A stretch of DNA of 49,597 nucleotides from Eubacteriales bacterium (GTDB lineage: Bacteria; Bacillota; Clostridia; Oscillospirales; QAKW01). A program made the translations under genes and the position numbers. Shown in pieces: positions 29,604 to 38,096 of the stretch. The notes under the pieces are model-generated. The model had not been told where the DNA came from. It did no database searches and saw nothing but the letters and a program-made list of their open reading frames with translations. Position 1 is the first letter of the stretch. Every line of letters begins with the position of its first letter. The stretch is from positions 1 to 49,597 of the forward strand of contig JAZREO010000115.1 in assembly GCA_045660845.1 (NCBI GenBank), given 5' to 3'.

Positions 29604-31400
29604 ATGGTTCATTTTAATAGCAGAAAAATTGAATATAAGCGTCCCTTCGGTGCGGTACGGGCGGGTGAGCCGCTCTTTTTGAGGTTGGAATTGCGGGAGG
29701 AGCCGGTCTGCCGGCGGGTGAAAGCCATCTTCCGGTATGAGACCGGCGAGACCGAGACCGGGTATCTGGAAAGAGAGGGGGAGACCCAGATCTTTTCAGG
29801 AACTTTGCGGCTGGAAACAGTGGGGCTTTGTTTTTACCGGTTTGAGGCAGAAAAGGAAGACGGAACATTGCTTTTTATCGGTACCTCAGACGGTGTCTGT
29901 GCCAAAATAGGGGATTGGTTGCCGGAATGGCGGCTGACCGTCTATGAGCGGGACTTCGAGACTCCCAAGGAGCTGGGGGGTGGCGTCTGGTATCAGATTT
30001 TTCCCGATCGTTTCTATAAAGGGGAGATGGCTCCGCCTCGCCCGGCGAAGGGACCGCGTATCTATCATGAGACTTGGGCGGAGCGTCCGCTCTTTGTCCA
30101 GGACCGCCCGGATTTCCGGGGCAATGATTTTTTCGGTGGCAATTTAGCCGGTATCCGGGAAAAATTGCCCTACTTAAAGGAACTGGGAGTGGACCTCATC
30201 TACCTGAATCCCATTTTCGAAAGCGGGGAAAACCATCGCTACAGTACCGCGGACTATGAGCAGGTGGACCCGCTCTTAGGTGAAAACAGTGACTTCGAAA
30301 CCCTCTGCCAAGCGGCGAAAAGGGAAGGGATCCGCATCGTCCTGGACGGCGTCTTTTCCCATACCGGCGCGAATAGTAAGTATTTCAATCGGGAGGGACT
30401 TTATCCCGATGTGGGGGCGTATCAGAGCCCGGACTCGCCCTACTACCATTGGTATCATTTTATTGAATATCCCCAAAAATATGATTGCTGGTGGGGATTT
30501 GATTCTCTGCCCTGCGTGGATGAGCTGGCACCAGACTTTATGGAATACATCAACGGGGAACGGGGTATCGCCCGGCTTTGGATGGAGAGGGGTGCTTTCG
30601 GCTGGCGGCTGGATGTTGCTGATGAGTTGCCGGACGGTTTCCTGGAAGCCTTCCGCAGCCGGGTGAAGTCCACCCGAGAGGATAGCCTCATCATCGGCGA
30701 GGTCTGGGAGAATGCGGTAGAAAAGGTCAGCTACGGTGCTCGCCGCCGTTTTTTGCTGGGCAAGCAATGTGATACTGTAATGAACTACCCCTGGCTGGAA
30801 GCCATCGTTGCCCTGCTGAAGGGGGGCAGAACCGAGGAATTTTATAATGTGGTAATGGACATTATGGAGAGTTATCCTCAGCCGGCGCTGCGCTGCCTGA
30901 TGAACATTCTATCCACCCATGATACAGCGAGAATTCTCAACCGCTTAGGAGCGGACTTCATCCCGCCCCGGGCGTTCCAGGCGGATAATTATCTCTCGGC
31001 GGAGCAGCGGGAGCGGGGAAGCACATTGCTGAAAAAGGCAGCTCTGTTGCAGTTCTCCTTACCGGGGATTCCTTGTATTTTTTATGGTGATGAAATTGCC
31101 ATGGAGGGTTATGGGGACCCCTACTGCCGCGGCACCTATCCCTGGGACGGCGGTGACCGGGGAATGCTGGACTTTTATCGGAAATTGGGTAACATCCGCA
31201 GGGAGCACCGGGATGCCTTTTCCGGCGACTGTACCTTTATTGCCTGGAAGGAAGGGCAACTGGTCTTTGACCGAGGGGAGATCCGCATTGCCCTGAACTT
31301 CGGCGAGACTCCCTTGCCGGTGGAAGGAAAACCCTTGCTGACGGAGCAATATGCCGAAGGGACCATAGCTCCCGGCGGCTTTGGTTGGTTCAAAAAATAA
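29604..31400 (+). CDS. GH13 neopullulanase/amylopullulanase-type glycosidase
   Basis: YQIFPDRF, YLNPIF, DGVFSH, GWRLDVADE, GEVWE, THDT, FYGDE; divergent from the glg operon. Confidence 0.88.
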   Translation: MVHFNSRKIEYKRPFGAVRAGEPLFLRLELREEPVCRRVKAIFRYETGETETGYLEREGETQIFSGTLRLETVGLCFYRFEAEKEDGTLLFIGTSDGVCAKIGDWLPEWRLTVYERDFETPKELGGGVWYQIFPDRFYKGEMAPPRPAKGPRIYHETWAERPLFVQDRPDFRGNDFFGGNLAGIREKLPYLKELGVDLIYLNPIFESGENHRYSTADYEQVDPLLGENSDFETLCQAAKREGIRIVLDGVFSHTGANSKYFNREGLYPDVGAYQSPDSPYYHWYHFIEYPQKYDCWWGFDSLPCVDELAPDFMEYINGERGIARLWMERGAFGWRLDVADELPDGFLEAFRSRVKSTREDSLIIGEVWENAVEKVSYGARRRFLLGKQCDTVMNYPWLEAIVALLKGGRTEEFYNVVMDIMESYPQPALRCLMNILSTHDTARILNRLGADFIPPRAFQADNYLSAEQRERGSTLLKKAALLQFSLPGIPCIFYGDEIAMEGYGDPYCRGTYPWDGGDRGMLDFYRKLGNIRREHRDAFSGDCTFIAWKEGQLVFDRGEIRIALNFGETPLPVEGKPLLTEQYAEGTIAPGGFGWFKK

Positions 31401-31440
31401 AATGTAAAAACGGCAGAAGATAGGACGCTTCTGCCGTTTA

Positions 31441-31668
31441 TTATTTTAAAAGGGGAATCAGTTCTGTGCAAACATGACTATCGTTTGTAATTGTCATCAT
31501 GTAACAAATGCCATGGGTTCTTTTGGTTATAACCTTAATTTCATTGTCCATCAAGACGACGATGGTGTTCTTATCATAGAGATAATTTTCAATGTGTAGA
31601 GAAATAAGGTCTGTCAGCTTGATTTTATGTTGGAGCAATAGTTGATAAATTTTTTCTTTTATATCCAT
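31441..31668 (-). CDS. Small AT-rich hypothetical protein
   Basis: 75 aa ORF with AGAGGTG RBS and a TTGACA-17-TATTCT promoter upstream. Confidence 0.55.
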   Translation of the reverse strand: MDIKEKIYQLLLQHKIKLTDLISLHIENYLYDKNTIVVLMDNEIKVITKRTHGICYMMTITNDSHVCTELIPLLK

Positions 31669-31686
31669 AATACACCTCTAACAAAG

Positions 31687-31729
31687 AATACCCCATATGG
31701 AGTATTTTGTCAACTCCATATGGGGTATT
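31687..31729. promoter_or_regulatory. Paired operator sites between divergent genes
   Basis: 17-bp perfect IR AATACCCCATATGGAGT / ACTCCATATGGGGTATT; each half is itself a near-palindrome around CCATATGG. Confidence 0.7.
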
Positions 31730-31768
31730 GTCTTATAGTTTTGTTAGAAACTATATTTGGAGGATCAA

Positions 31769-31978
31769 ATGTTGCGTTTCAGAGATTTGAGAGAGGATCA
31801 TGACCTGACCCAGCAGCAATGCGCAGAAATTGCGAATATCAGCAAAAATTCTTATATTCGCTATGAAAATGGGATGCGGGCAGTACCCAGTGATGTGGTT
31901 ATTGTCTTGGCAAAGTATTATAATGTATCTGCGGACTATTTGTTGGGATTGATTGACCAACCAAGAAAATTAAAGTAA
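31769..31978 (+). CDS. Small XRE-family HTH regulator
   Basis: LREDHDLTQQQCAEIANIS..Y.RYENG...P......LAKYYNVSADYLLG; GGAGG RBS. Confidence 0.85.
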   Translation: MLRFRDLREDHDLTQQQCAEIANISKNSYIRYENGMRAVPSDVVIVLAKYYNVSADYLLGLIDQPRKLK

Positions 31979-32008
31979 AAACAGGAGAGCGATGCTCTCC
32001 TGTTTTTT
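31977..32008. terminator. Bidirectional terminator
   Basis: AAAAACAGGAGAGC-GAT-GCTCTCCTGTTTTT. Confidence 0.8.
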
Positions 32009-32016
32009 GCTATGTT

Positions 32017-32847
32017 CTACCGGACTTCCCGGATCAGTTCGCCGAGGGCGGTCTCGAATTTTACGCCGTACCAATGGGTGGGGTCGCCCTGGGTGTTTTC
32101 GATACATTTTACCGTCTAGTCGGCGGCGATCTTCGCCGCCTCCGGAGCAGATTTACCGTTCATGTAGGCACCGGTAAAGGCGGATGCATAGACGTCGCCG
32201 GTGCCGTGGCTCCCCTTGGGGAATTTATAGTGCTCATAATAAGAATAGTTGCCGTTTTCATAGACCACCACGCCGGTCTTGCCCTCGGCGTAGGAAACGC
32301 CGGTCAGGACGATGGTCTTGGCGCCGCCATCAGAGAGCGCCTTCAGCAGACTGTCGATGTAAGCCCGGTCATAGGTTTCTTTATATTCCATGCCGGTGAG
32401 GAAGCAGGCCTCGGTGATGTTGGGCAGGATGATGTCGGCGACGGAGCAAAGGGTCTTCATTGCCGCTGCATACTCTAAGTCAAAGGCGGGATAGAGTTTT
32501 CCATTGTCTGCCATGGCGGGGTCCACGATGCGGACGCCCTGCTCGGTCAGCATGGTGTTAAAAATATCTTTGACATACCCGATCTGCCGGGTGCTTCCCA
32601 GGTAGCCGGTATAGATGGCATCGAACTGGATGCCTTCTTTTTGCCAATGCTGATGGATCCCGGGGATATCGTCAGTCAGATCCCGCACCGTAAAGCCGGT
32701 GAAACCGGCGGTATGGGTGGAGAGCACCGCCGAGGGCAGGATGCAGGTCTCCATACCGCAGGCTGAGAGAATGGGCAATGCCACCGTCAGGGAGCATTGA
32801 CCGAGGCAGGAAATGTCTTGAATGGTTAAGATCTTTTGATAGGACAT
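32017..32847 (-). pseudogene. pdxK: Pyridoxal/pyridoxamine kinase interrupted by an in-frame TAG at 32116-32118
   Basis: QDISCLGQCSL, LSTHT, YTGYLGS, VDPAMADNG, PNITEA, HGTGD. The frame continues after TAG as TVKCIENTQGDPTHWYGVKFETALGELIREVR* to 32017. May be a sequencing error rather than a real pseudogene. Confidence 0.75.
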
Positions 32848-32923
32848 AATATGTACCTCCTTGGTGATATAATCCTATTATAGCGGATTTTGGTCTTGAC
32901 GAAATATCCAGTTTTATGGTTTT

Positions 32924-34000
32924 TTATATGACCAGATCCTTGCGACGTGCCCGGCGGACCCGGTTGATGTGTCGCTCGAAATCGCCACTGCCGATCAGTT
33001 CTGCCAGAACATATTGTTCAAAGACCGGAACTGTGCAGGAATAAAAGCCCAGCCGTTGCTCAAAGGCGGGGAGCAGCTCCTCCGGCAGCAGCATATATCC
33101 TACCCGCATGGAGGGGGCAACGGTCTTGGAAAAGGTGTTGAGATAGATCACCGAACTGTCGGAGAGGGAAAAGATGGGGTCATCGTTTTTCATGGAGACG
33201 GTCAGTTCCGAATCATAATTATCTTCGATGAGAATTCCACCCCGCTTTTTCGCCCATTGGAGATATTCCGCCCGCTTGGAGGCACCGGCGGTGATGCCGC
33301 TTGGAAAACTGTTGAAGGGAGTGATGTGCAGGACAGTGGCGGCGGTCTTTTCCAGCTCGGCGGAGCGGATGCCGTCCTGCCCTAATTTCAGCAGATCGCA
33401 TTGGATGCCGCTTGCCTCATAGACCCGGCGAATTTTATCGTAAGAGGGGTCCTCTAAGGCAAAGATGCGGTCTTTGCCCAGCAGCTGGGCAATGAGACTG
33501 TAAAGATATTCCGCGCCGGAGCCGATGATGATCTGCTCGGGGCGGACCCGGATGCCGCTGCTTCGCGCCAGATAGGCGGCGATAGCACTCCGCAACTCGG
33601 CGCAGCCGTGGTTGGGGGACTTGACTAAAATGCTCTCGCCGTAGTCACTGAGTACCTTCCGCATGGTCTTGGCAAGTACTGAATAGGGAAAGCGGCATTT
33701 TGCGCTGTGTGCCGTTCGGCGGGGGACACGCTCTGCCGGGGCGGTGGAGAGAAAATCCTTCTCTCGGTAAATGATATAATAGCCGCTGCGCTGCCGGGCT
33801 TGGATATAGCCTTCGTCGTCCAAAATGGCGTAGGCGTGCTCTACTGTGATGACGCTGACCCCCGTCTCCTCTGCCAGCAGCCGTTTGGAGGGGAGTTTGG
33901 TGCCATAGGGAAAGACTCCGCTGACAATGTCCCGCCGGAGCTGTTCGTATATTTGCAGGTACGCTGCCTTGCTGTTGTTTCGGTCGATATAGTTTTTCAT
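32924..34000 (-). CDS. MocR/GabR-family regulator (GntR wHTH + PLP-binding domain), PdxR-like
   Basis: KLPSKRLLAEETGVSVITVEHAY, IEDNYDSE, YLNTFSKTVAPSMRVGY; upstream of pdxK. Confidence 0.88.
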   Translation of the reverse strand: MKNYIDRNNSKAAYLQIYEQLRRDIVSGVFPYGTKLPSKRLLAEETGVSVITVEHAYAILDDEGYIQARQRSGYYIIYREKDFLSTAPAERVPRRTAHSAKCRFPYSVLAKTMRKVLSDYGESILVKSPNHGCAELRSAIAAYLARSSGIRVRPEQIIIGSGAEYLYSLIAQLLGKDRIFALEDPSYDKIRRVYEASGIQCDLLKLGQDGIRSAELEKTAATVLHITPFNSFPSGITAGASKRAEYLQWAKKRGGILIEDNYDSELTVSMKNDDPIFSLSDSSVIYLNTFSKTVAPSMRVGYMLLPEELLPAFEQRLGFYSCTVPVFEQYVLAELIGSGDFERHINRVRRARRKDLVI

Positions 34001-34206
34001 GTGGTTATATGAAAATCTCCTGTTTTAATGAATTGGGTATATCCAGTATGGTATTATAGCCCTTTGGCTTGAAAAAAACAAGAGGATGCAGAAAAATAAA
34101 AGAGGCTGTTGATACAGCCGCTGAAAGTTGTTTATTAATGGGGCTTTTGACGAAGTAGGGCGTGAAATAGAGCGGGTGGGGGAGGAGATACTCTCCGTTG
34201 CACCGA

Positions 34207-34343
34207 TTTTTCGAGCCGCTGGTCGGCGGCTTGCGAAAAATCGCCGCACTCCGAGACACAGCAGTCCGCCTGTTATCGACAGGCGGCTGCCTCAACGAAC
34301 CTTTTTGCCGATGGCAAAAAGGTTCGATCTCCGAGGATCGTCA
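34207..34343. repeat. Array of three GC-rich hairpins plus an antisense copy of the tRNA-Lys 3' end
   Basis: Stems GAGCCGC/GCGGCTT, CCGCCTGT/ACAGGCGG, CGAACCTTTTTGCC/GGCAAAAAGGTTCG; then GTTCGATCTCCGAGGATCGTCA. Confidence 0.6.
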
Positions 34344-35834
34344 AATAAAAACAGCACCCATTCGGGTGCTCTTTTTATTTGGTGAACTGCCCGATTTGAA
34401 ATCCGAACTATTTATTTTATCAAAACTAATTGTTTCGCTGTTTTCTTTGTAATTAAAGTTTATGATCATTCTATCGTCATAGACATAAATTGAATTTACA
34501 AAATAGTCTATAAGCTGTTGCCTGTGTTTAGGCTTAGTCATATCATAGGTGCGAAAGGCTTGTAGCCAACATAAAATCTGTTCTCTTGTAATTATAGGGT
34601 TTTCAATTTGTTCTTTTATAATTTTATCTTCCAAGCGGTTCTTGGTTTCTTCAAGTTCGTCAAGTCTTTGTTTTGTTGATTTGGTAAAAATGCCTTGTTC
34701 AATAGCATTTAAAATATTTTCAATGCTTTTTTCGGTTTCTTTCAGTTGTTTTTTTAGCTGTGAAAGAATCGTATTTTCACTTTTCGATAATTCAAAGGCT
34801 TGATCTGCGATGTATTCTAACATATCATCATCAAACAATGTTGTTATCGTGTGCTTTACAACTAAGTCTTCAAGGTACTGTTTTTTGATGGCTTTTCTTT
34901 TGCATCCGGTTTTTAATTTTGAACTCCTGCATTTATAGTAATAATATGTATTTCCCGTACAACTTGTTCCGCTTTCTCCTACCATTGATTGTCCGCAATC
35001 GCCACAAAATATTTTAGTTGTTAATAGAAACAGTTCATCAGCGGTAGTTTTTGTTCTCGCAGGAGAATGTCTGTTTTTATCAATACGCTTTTGTACTCTG
35101 TTAAATAAATCTTTTTCAATGATAGCCGGTATTCCGTTTTCTATAATAACATCATCGTAGCAATATTCTCCAATGTAACGCCGATTTCTTAAAAGACGAG
35201 TAAAGAAACCTCTCGAAAATTGGGTAGTTGTATCTATCTCACGCTTTTTTAATGATTCCGAAATTTCTTTTATGGTTTCGCCCTCAGAATATCGTGTAAA
35301 AATTTCTTTTACTATCGAAGCCGCAATAGGTTCAAGCTCATATTTTCTTTCTTTGTTGATTCTGTAACCATAAGTGATCGAACCGCCATTACTTAAACAT
35401 TTTAGCGCATTTTCGTGGTGTCCTCGCTTTACCTTTTCGGAAAGTTCAGCAGAATAAAATTCTGCATATCCCTCTAAAAGACTTTCAAGCAGTATTCCTG
35501 TGCTGTCCTCGGCAATACTTTCCATAGCTGAAACAACCTTTACGCCGTTTTTCCGAAGTATCCCCTTATAATGTGCGCTGTCATAGCGGTTTCTTGCAAA
35601 GCGGTCAAGCTTCCAAACTAAAACAACAGCAAATAGTTTATTGCTACTTTCTTTAATCATTCGTTGAAAATCTGGACGATTGTCCGTTTTTGCAGAAAAC
35701 GCACGGTCAATATATGTAGTTATGATTTTCATACCATGCCTTTCGGCGTAAGCGGTACACTCTCTTATTTGCCCTTCAATGCTTTCTTCTCTTTGGTTGT
35801 CTGAAGAATATCGGGCATAAATTACTGCATTCAA
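34341..35834 (-). CDS. Large serine recombinase (resolvase + recombinase + zinc-ribbon domains)
   Basis: YARYSS catalytic motif, KLDRFAR, CGDCG and YYKC zinc ribbon, coiled coil; TTG start; last 12 codons lie outside the element. Confidence 0.95.
   Translation of the reverse strand: MNAVIYARYSSDNQREESIEGQIRECTAYAERHGMKIITTYIDRAFSAKTDNRPDFQRMIKESSNKLFAVVLVWKLDRFARNRYDSAHYKGILRKNGVKVVSAMESIAEDSTGILLESLLEGYAEFYSAELSEKVKRGHHENALKCLSNGGSITYGYRINKERKYELEPIAASIVKEIFTRYSEGETIKEISESLKKREIDTTTQFSRGFFTRLLRNRRYIGEYCYDDVIIENGIPAIIEKDLFNRVQKRIDKNRHSPARTKTTADELFLLTTKIFCGDCGQSMVGESGTSCTGNTYYYYKCRSSKLKTGCKRKAIKKQYLEDLVVKHTITTLFDDDMLEYIADQAFELSKSENTILSQLKKQLKETEKSIENILNAIEQGIFTKSTKQRLDELEETKNRLEDKIIKEQIENPIITREQILCWLQAFRTYDMTKPKHRQQLIDYFVNSIYVYDDRMIINFNYKENSETISFDKINSSDFKSGSSPNKKSTRMGAVFI
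34344..34379 (-). terminator. Terminator, inferred to be the original tRNA-Lys terminator
   Basis: AATAAAAAGAGCACCC-GAAT-GGGTGCTGTTTTTATT directly after the duplicated TCACCA. Confidence 0.75.
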
Positions 35835-35851
35835 AATTTCACTTCCTTTCT

Positions 35852-36220
35852 TTATTGTTTTGTTTCTTCTTTAAGCATTTCGGTCAAGGTATCTTTCAGT
35901 TTCTGACTAATCGGAGAAGCAGGATCAAAGCACATATTTACGAATTTTCTCAGTTCCTTGTCCTCTTTTGTCATAGCTTCAACAAGATTGGGTTTGTATT
36001 CGTATAACCTGCCCTGCGGCTGATCCGTTCTTGCAAAGATATAATCCATAGATACATCAAAAAAGTCTGCATACCACCGCAAAACCTTTATAGGCGGTGC
36101 CGCCTGTGCATTTTCGTATCGGTTTACACTTGCCTGTGTTCCGCCCATCAGCTTTGCAATTCTTGCTTGTGATAAACCAGCGTTTGTCCGTAATGCTCTT
36201 AATCGGTTGTTTAATTCCAA
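35852..36220 (-). CDS. XRE-family HTH regulator, probably co-transcribed with the integrase
   Basis: LRALRTNAGLSQARIAKLMG..QASVNRYEN...FDVSMDYIFAR; TTG at 36220 fits the GAAAGGGG RBS (GTG 36229 is an alternative start). Confidence 0.85.
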   Translation of the reverse strand: MELNNRLRALRTNAGLSQARIAKLMGGTQASVNRYENAQAAPPIKVLRWYADFFDVSMDYIFARTDQPQGRLYEYKPNLVEAMTKEDKELRKFVNMCFDPASPISQKLKDTLTEMLKEETKQ

Positions 36221-36244
36221 ATTTAACACCCCTTTCTATATATG

Positions 36245-36273
36245 ATTATACGCTATCTGTATATAATTGTCAA
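36245..36273 (-). promoter_or_regulatory. Consensus SigA promoter of the xre-integrase unit
   Basis: TTGACA-17-TATAAT on the minus strand. Confidence 0.8.
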
Positions 36274-36410
36274 CACTACATTTGAATATAATAAAACGGC
36301 TAAAGCAAATACTTTAACCGTTTTATATAGAGAATTTTTTTGTTTTCAACGCTTTCTTGTGGTTGAATATTCATTTTCTTTAATTGTTGTTATGTCTATT
36401 TCTTTATTTT

Positions 36411-36965
36411 TCACTTTTCATCAGTAATGTGATTTTTTATATTATTCCATGTCAAATCATTTGTATTTTCACTAATAAATGTGATTGCCTTGTATATATC
36501 TTCTTTGTCTTCTGATGTTAAAGGCAAGTCTATATCTGTAATAATCATATTATTAAATACAGTATTCGCATCATATTTACCGATATACCTAGATATACCA
36601 ACTCTGTCTATGAGCATATGCATATTCTGTGAATTTGGATCAACCTCTAAAGGCTGGAACGAAATTAGAATGTTGATTTTATTATCGCCTTCTTCATCAG
36701 CCGGATAGTTAACATACTTCCAATATGTCAGATCATAATTAGAAATTCTGCCACCGGATGTATATTCTTTCCTGCCACATCCACCTCTCATAGAAATTTC
36801 TAATTCTTTTTTGTGTTTTAAAAATCTTTTTAGTTCCAAACACTCTTGTTTTCTAAATTCCACATATAAATTTTTAATCTCATTAAAATCATATTCGTTT
36901 TTCAATGTACTTGTATCTTTTAGAGAAAGTTTTAATTCTCCATTTTTATCTTTTACAAATTCCAT
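36411..36965 (-). CDS. Hypothetical cargo protein
   Basis: 184 aa AT-rich ORF with AGGA RBS; no motif recognised. Confidence 0.7.
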   Translation of the reverse strand: MEFVKDKNGELKLSLKDTSTLKNEYDFNEIKNLYVEFRKQECLELKRFLKHKKELEISMRGGCGRKEYTSGGRISNYDLTYWKYVNYPADEEGDNKINILISFQPLEVDPNSQNMHMLIDRVGISRYIGKYDANTVFNNMIITDIDLPLTSEDKEDIYKAITFISENTNDLTWNNIKNHITDEK

Positions 36966-37018
36966 ATTTCCTAGTTCTTTTCGATTTTTATAGTTTGTTT
37001 ATCAACTAAACATTTGTA

Positions 37019-37852
37019 TTACCAATTCGTAGCCCATTCGTTCATATTAAAAAGGTAATTACCATTTTCATCATAAACATTGCCTTTGCTGTCTCTATAG
37101 GTGTAGTGAACTCCGGTTTCATCCTCAAATTTAAACTTTTCCATTCCATTAAAATTAGAAGAACTATTATTAGAAGCGTTGGAAGAACTAGAATTATTTC
37201 CACTAGAGGAATTGCTACCAGAACCAGTGCTGCTATTATTGGCAGTTTGCTTCTGAACTTCTTCGGCAGCCTTCTTCGCAGCAGCTTCCTCTGCTTCCTT
37301 TTTAGCCTTTTCTTCTGCTTCTTTCTTCAGTCTTTCTTCTTCAGCTTTTTCAGCGGCTTCGATTTCAGCAATTTTATCTGTATAGATTTTTATTTGTTCA
37401 TCAATTTTTGAAATTATACTTTCTTTGCTTGTGATTTCATCAGCCTCTATTTCAATCTTTAAGTCGTTCAGATTGACGATAAAAGTATTTAATTCTTCTT
37501 TCGTTATATCATCAGAAATCACCACCGGATTTTTAGTAAGCTCTGCTTCATAACAATCTATCAGTGTGACTTTCATATCATCAAGCGTGATATTAAAGTT
37601 TTCTTTGTTTTCGTCATACTCGGAATATTTTTCAGTATTAGAAATAAATTCTTTCAAAATATTATATTTTTCCGATCTGCTTTCAGCACTTTCAAAAGAA
37701 GAATATACATTTTCTATTGCGGTATTAATATCATCAATATGATTTTGTTTTTTGACATTAAACACTGTAATGGTCGCAGTAATTGCAAGCAAGATCAGCA
37801 CTAAGATGATCAAACCCCAGATTATAAATTTTCTGTTTAATAGTTTTTTCAA
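37019..37852 (-). CDS. Membrane-anchored extracytoplasmic cargo protein (TM, helical domain, E/K/A coiled coil, S/N-rich linker, short C-terminal domain)
   Basis: Composition of the translation; GAGGAGG RBS best fits TTG at 37852 (start uncertain). Confidence 0.75.
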   Translation of the reverse strand: MKKLLNRKFIIWGLIILVLILLAITATITVFNVKKQNHIDDINTAIENVYSSFESAESRSEKYNILKEFISNTEKYSEYDENKENFNITLDDMKVTLIDCYEAELTKNPVVISDDITKEELNTFIVNLNDLKIEIEADEITSKESIISKIDEQIKIYTDKIAEIEAAEKAEEERLKKEAEEKAKKEAEEAAAKKAAEEVQKQTANNSSTGSGSNSSSGNNSSSSNASNNSSSNFNGMEKFKFEDETGVHYTYRDSKGNVYDENGNYLFNMNEWATNW

Positions 37853-37879
37853 GATCATTCCTCCTCGCAAAGTATTCTA

Positions 37880-38096
37880 TAAATAAAAAATGCGCCTACC
37901 GAAGTAGACGCATAAAAAACGCAAACTCCAATAGTCGCCAAACCAATCTGTACAAACGAATAATTCCTTGCAAACAGAAATGGAACTTGCATTTTTTGCA
38001 AAATTCAATCTGTTTGCAATTAAGATACGCAAAAAAGATATAATATCCCTAAGGTATTATATGTTTGTACATTATTTGATTGATTTGGCGACTATT
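37880..38096 (-). ncRNA. Candidate structured RNA or attenuated leader ending in a UUCG terminator
   Basis: Nested inverted repeats forming a three-way junction, TTGAAA-17-TATAAT promoter (38125-38097), terminator ATGCGTCTAC-TTCG-GTAGGCGCAT-TTTTT. Confidence 0.6.

Noticed and set aside
34321-34343. Possible second tRNA or att duplication (GGTTCGA...)
   Set aside because: No cloverleaf, and it is inverted relative to tRNA-Lys, so it is not a direct-repeat att; treated as an antisense copy
34005-34452. Several short ORFs between the MocR gene and the integrase
   Set aside because: They run through hairpin/repeat sequence with no RBS or protein-like features
37180-37360. Short tandem-like repeats
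   Set aside because: They encode low-complexity E/K/A and S/N protein segments; not CRISPR or a VNTR. No CRISPR array was seen anywhere in the window.
37930-38096. Invertible DNA segment flanked by 13-bp IRs
   Set aside because: Nested internal stems and a downstream terminator fit an RNA fold better, and the promoter lies outside the IRs; not fully excluded without reads
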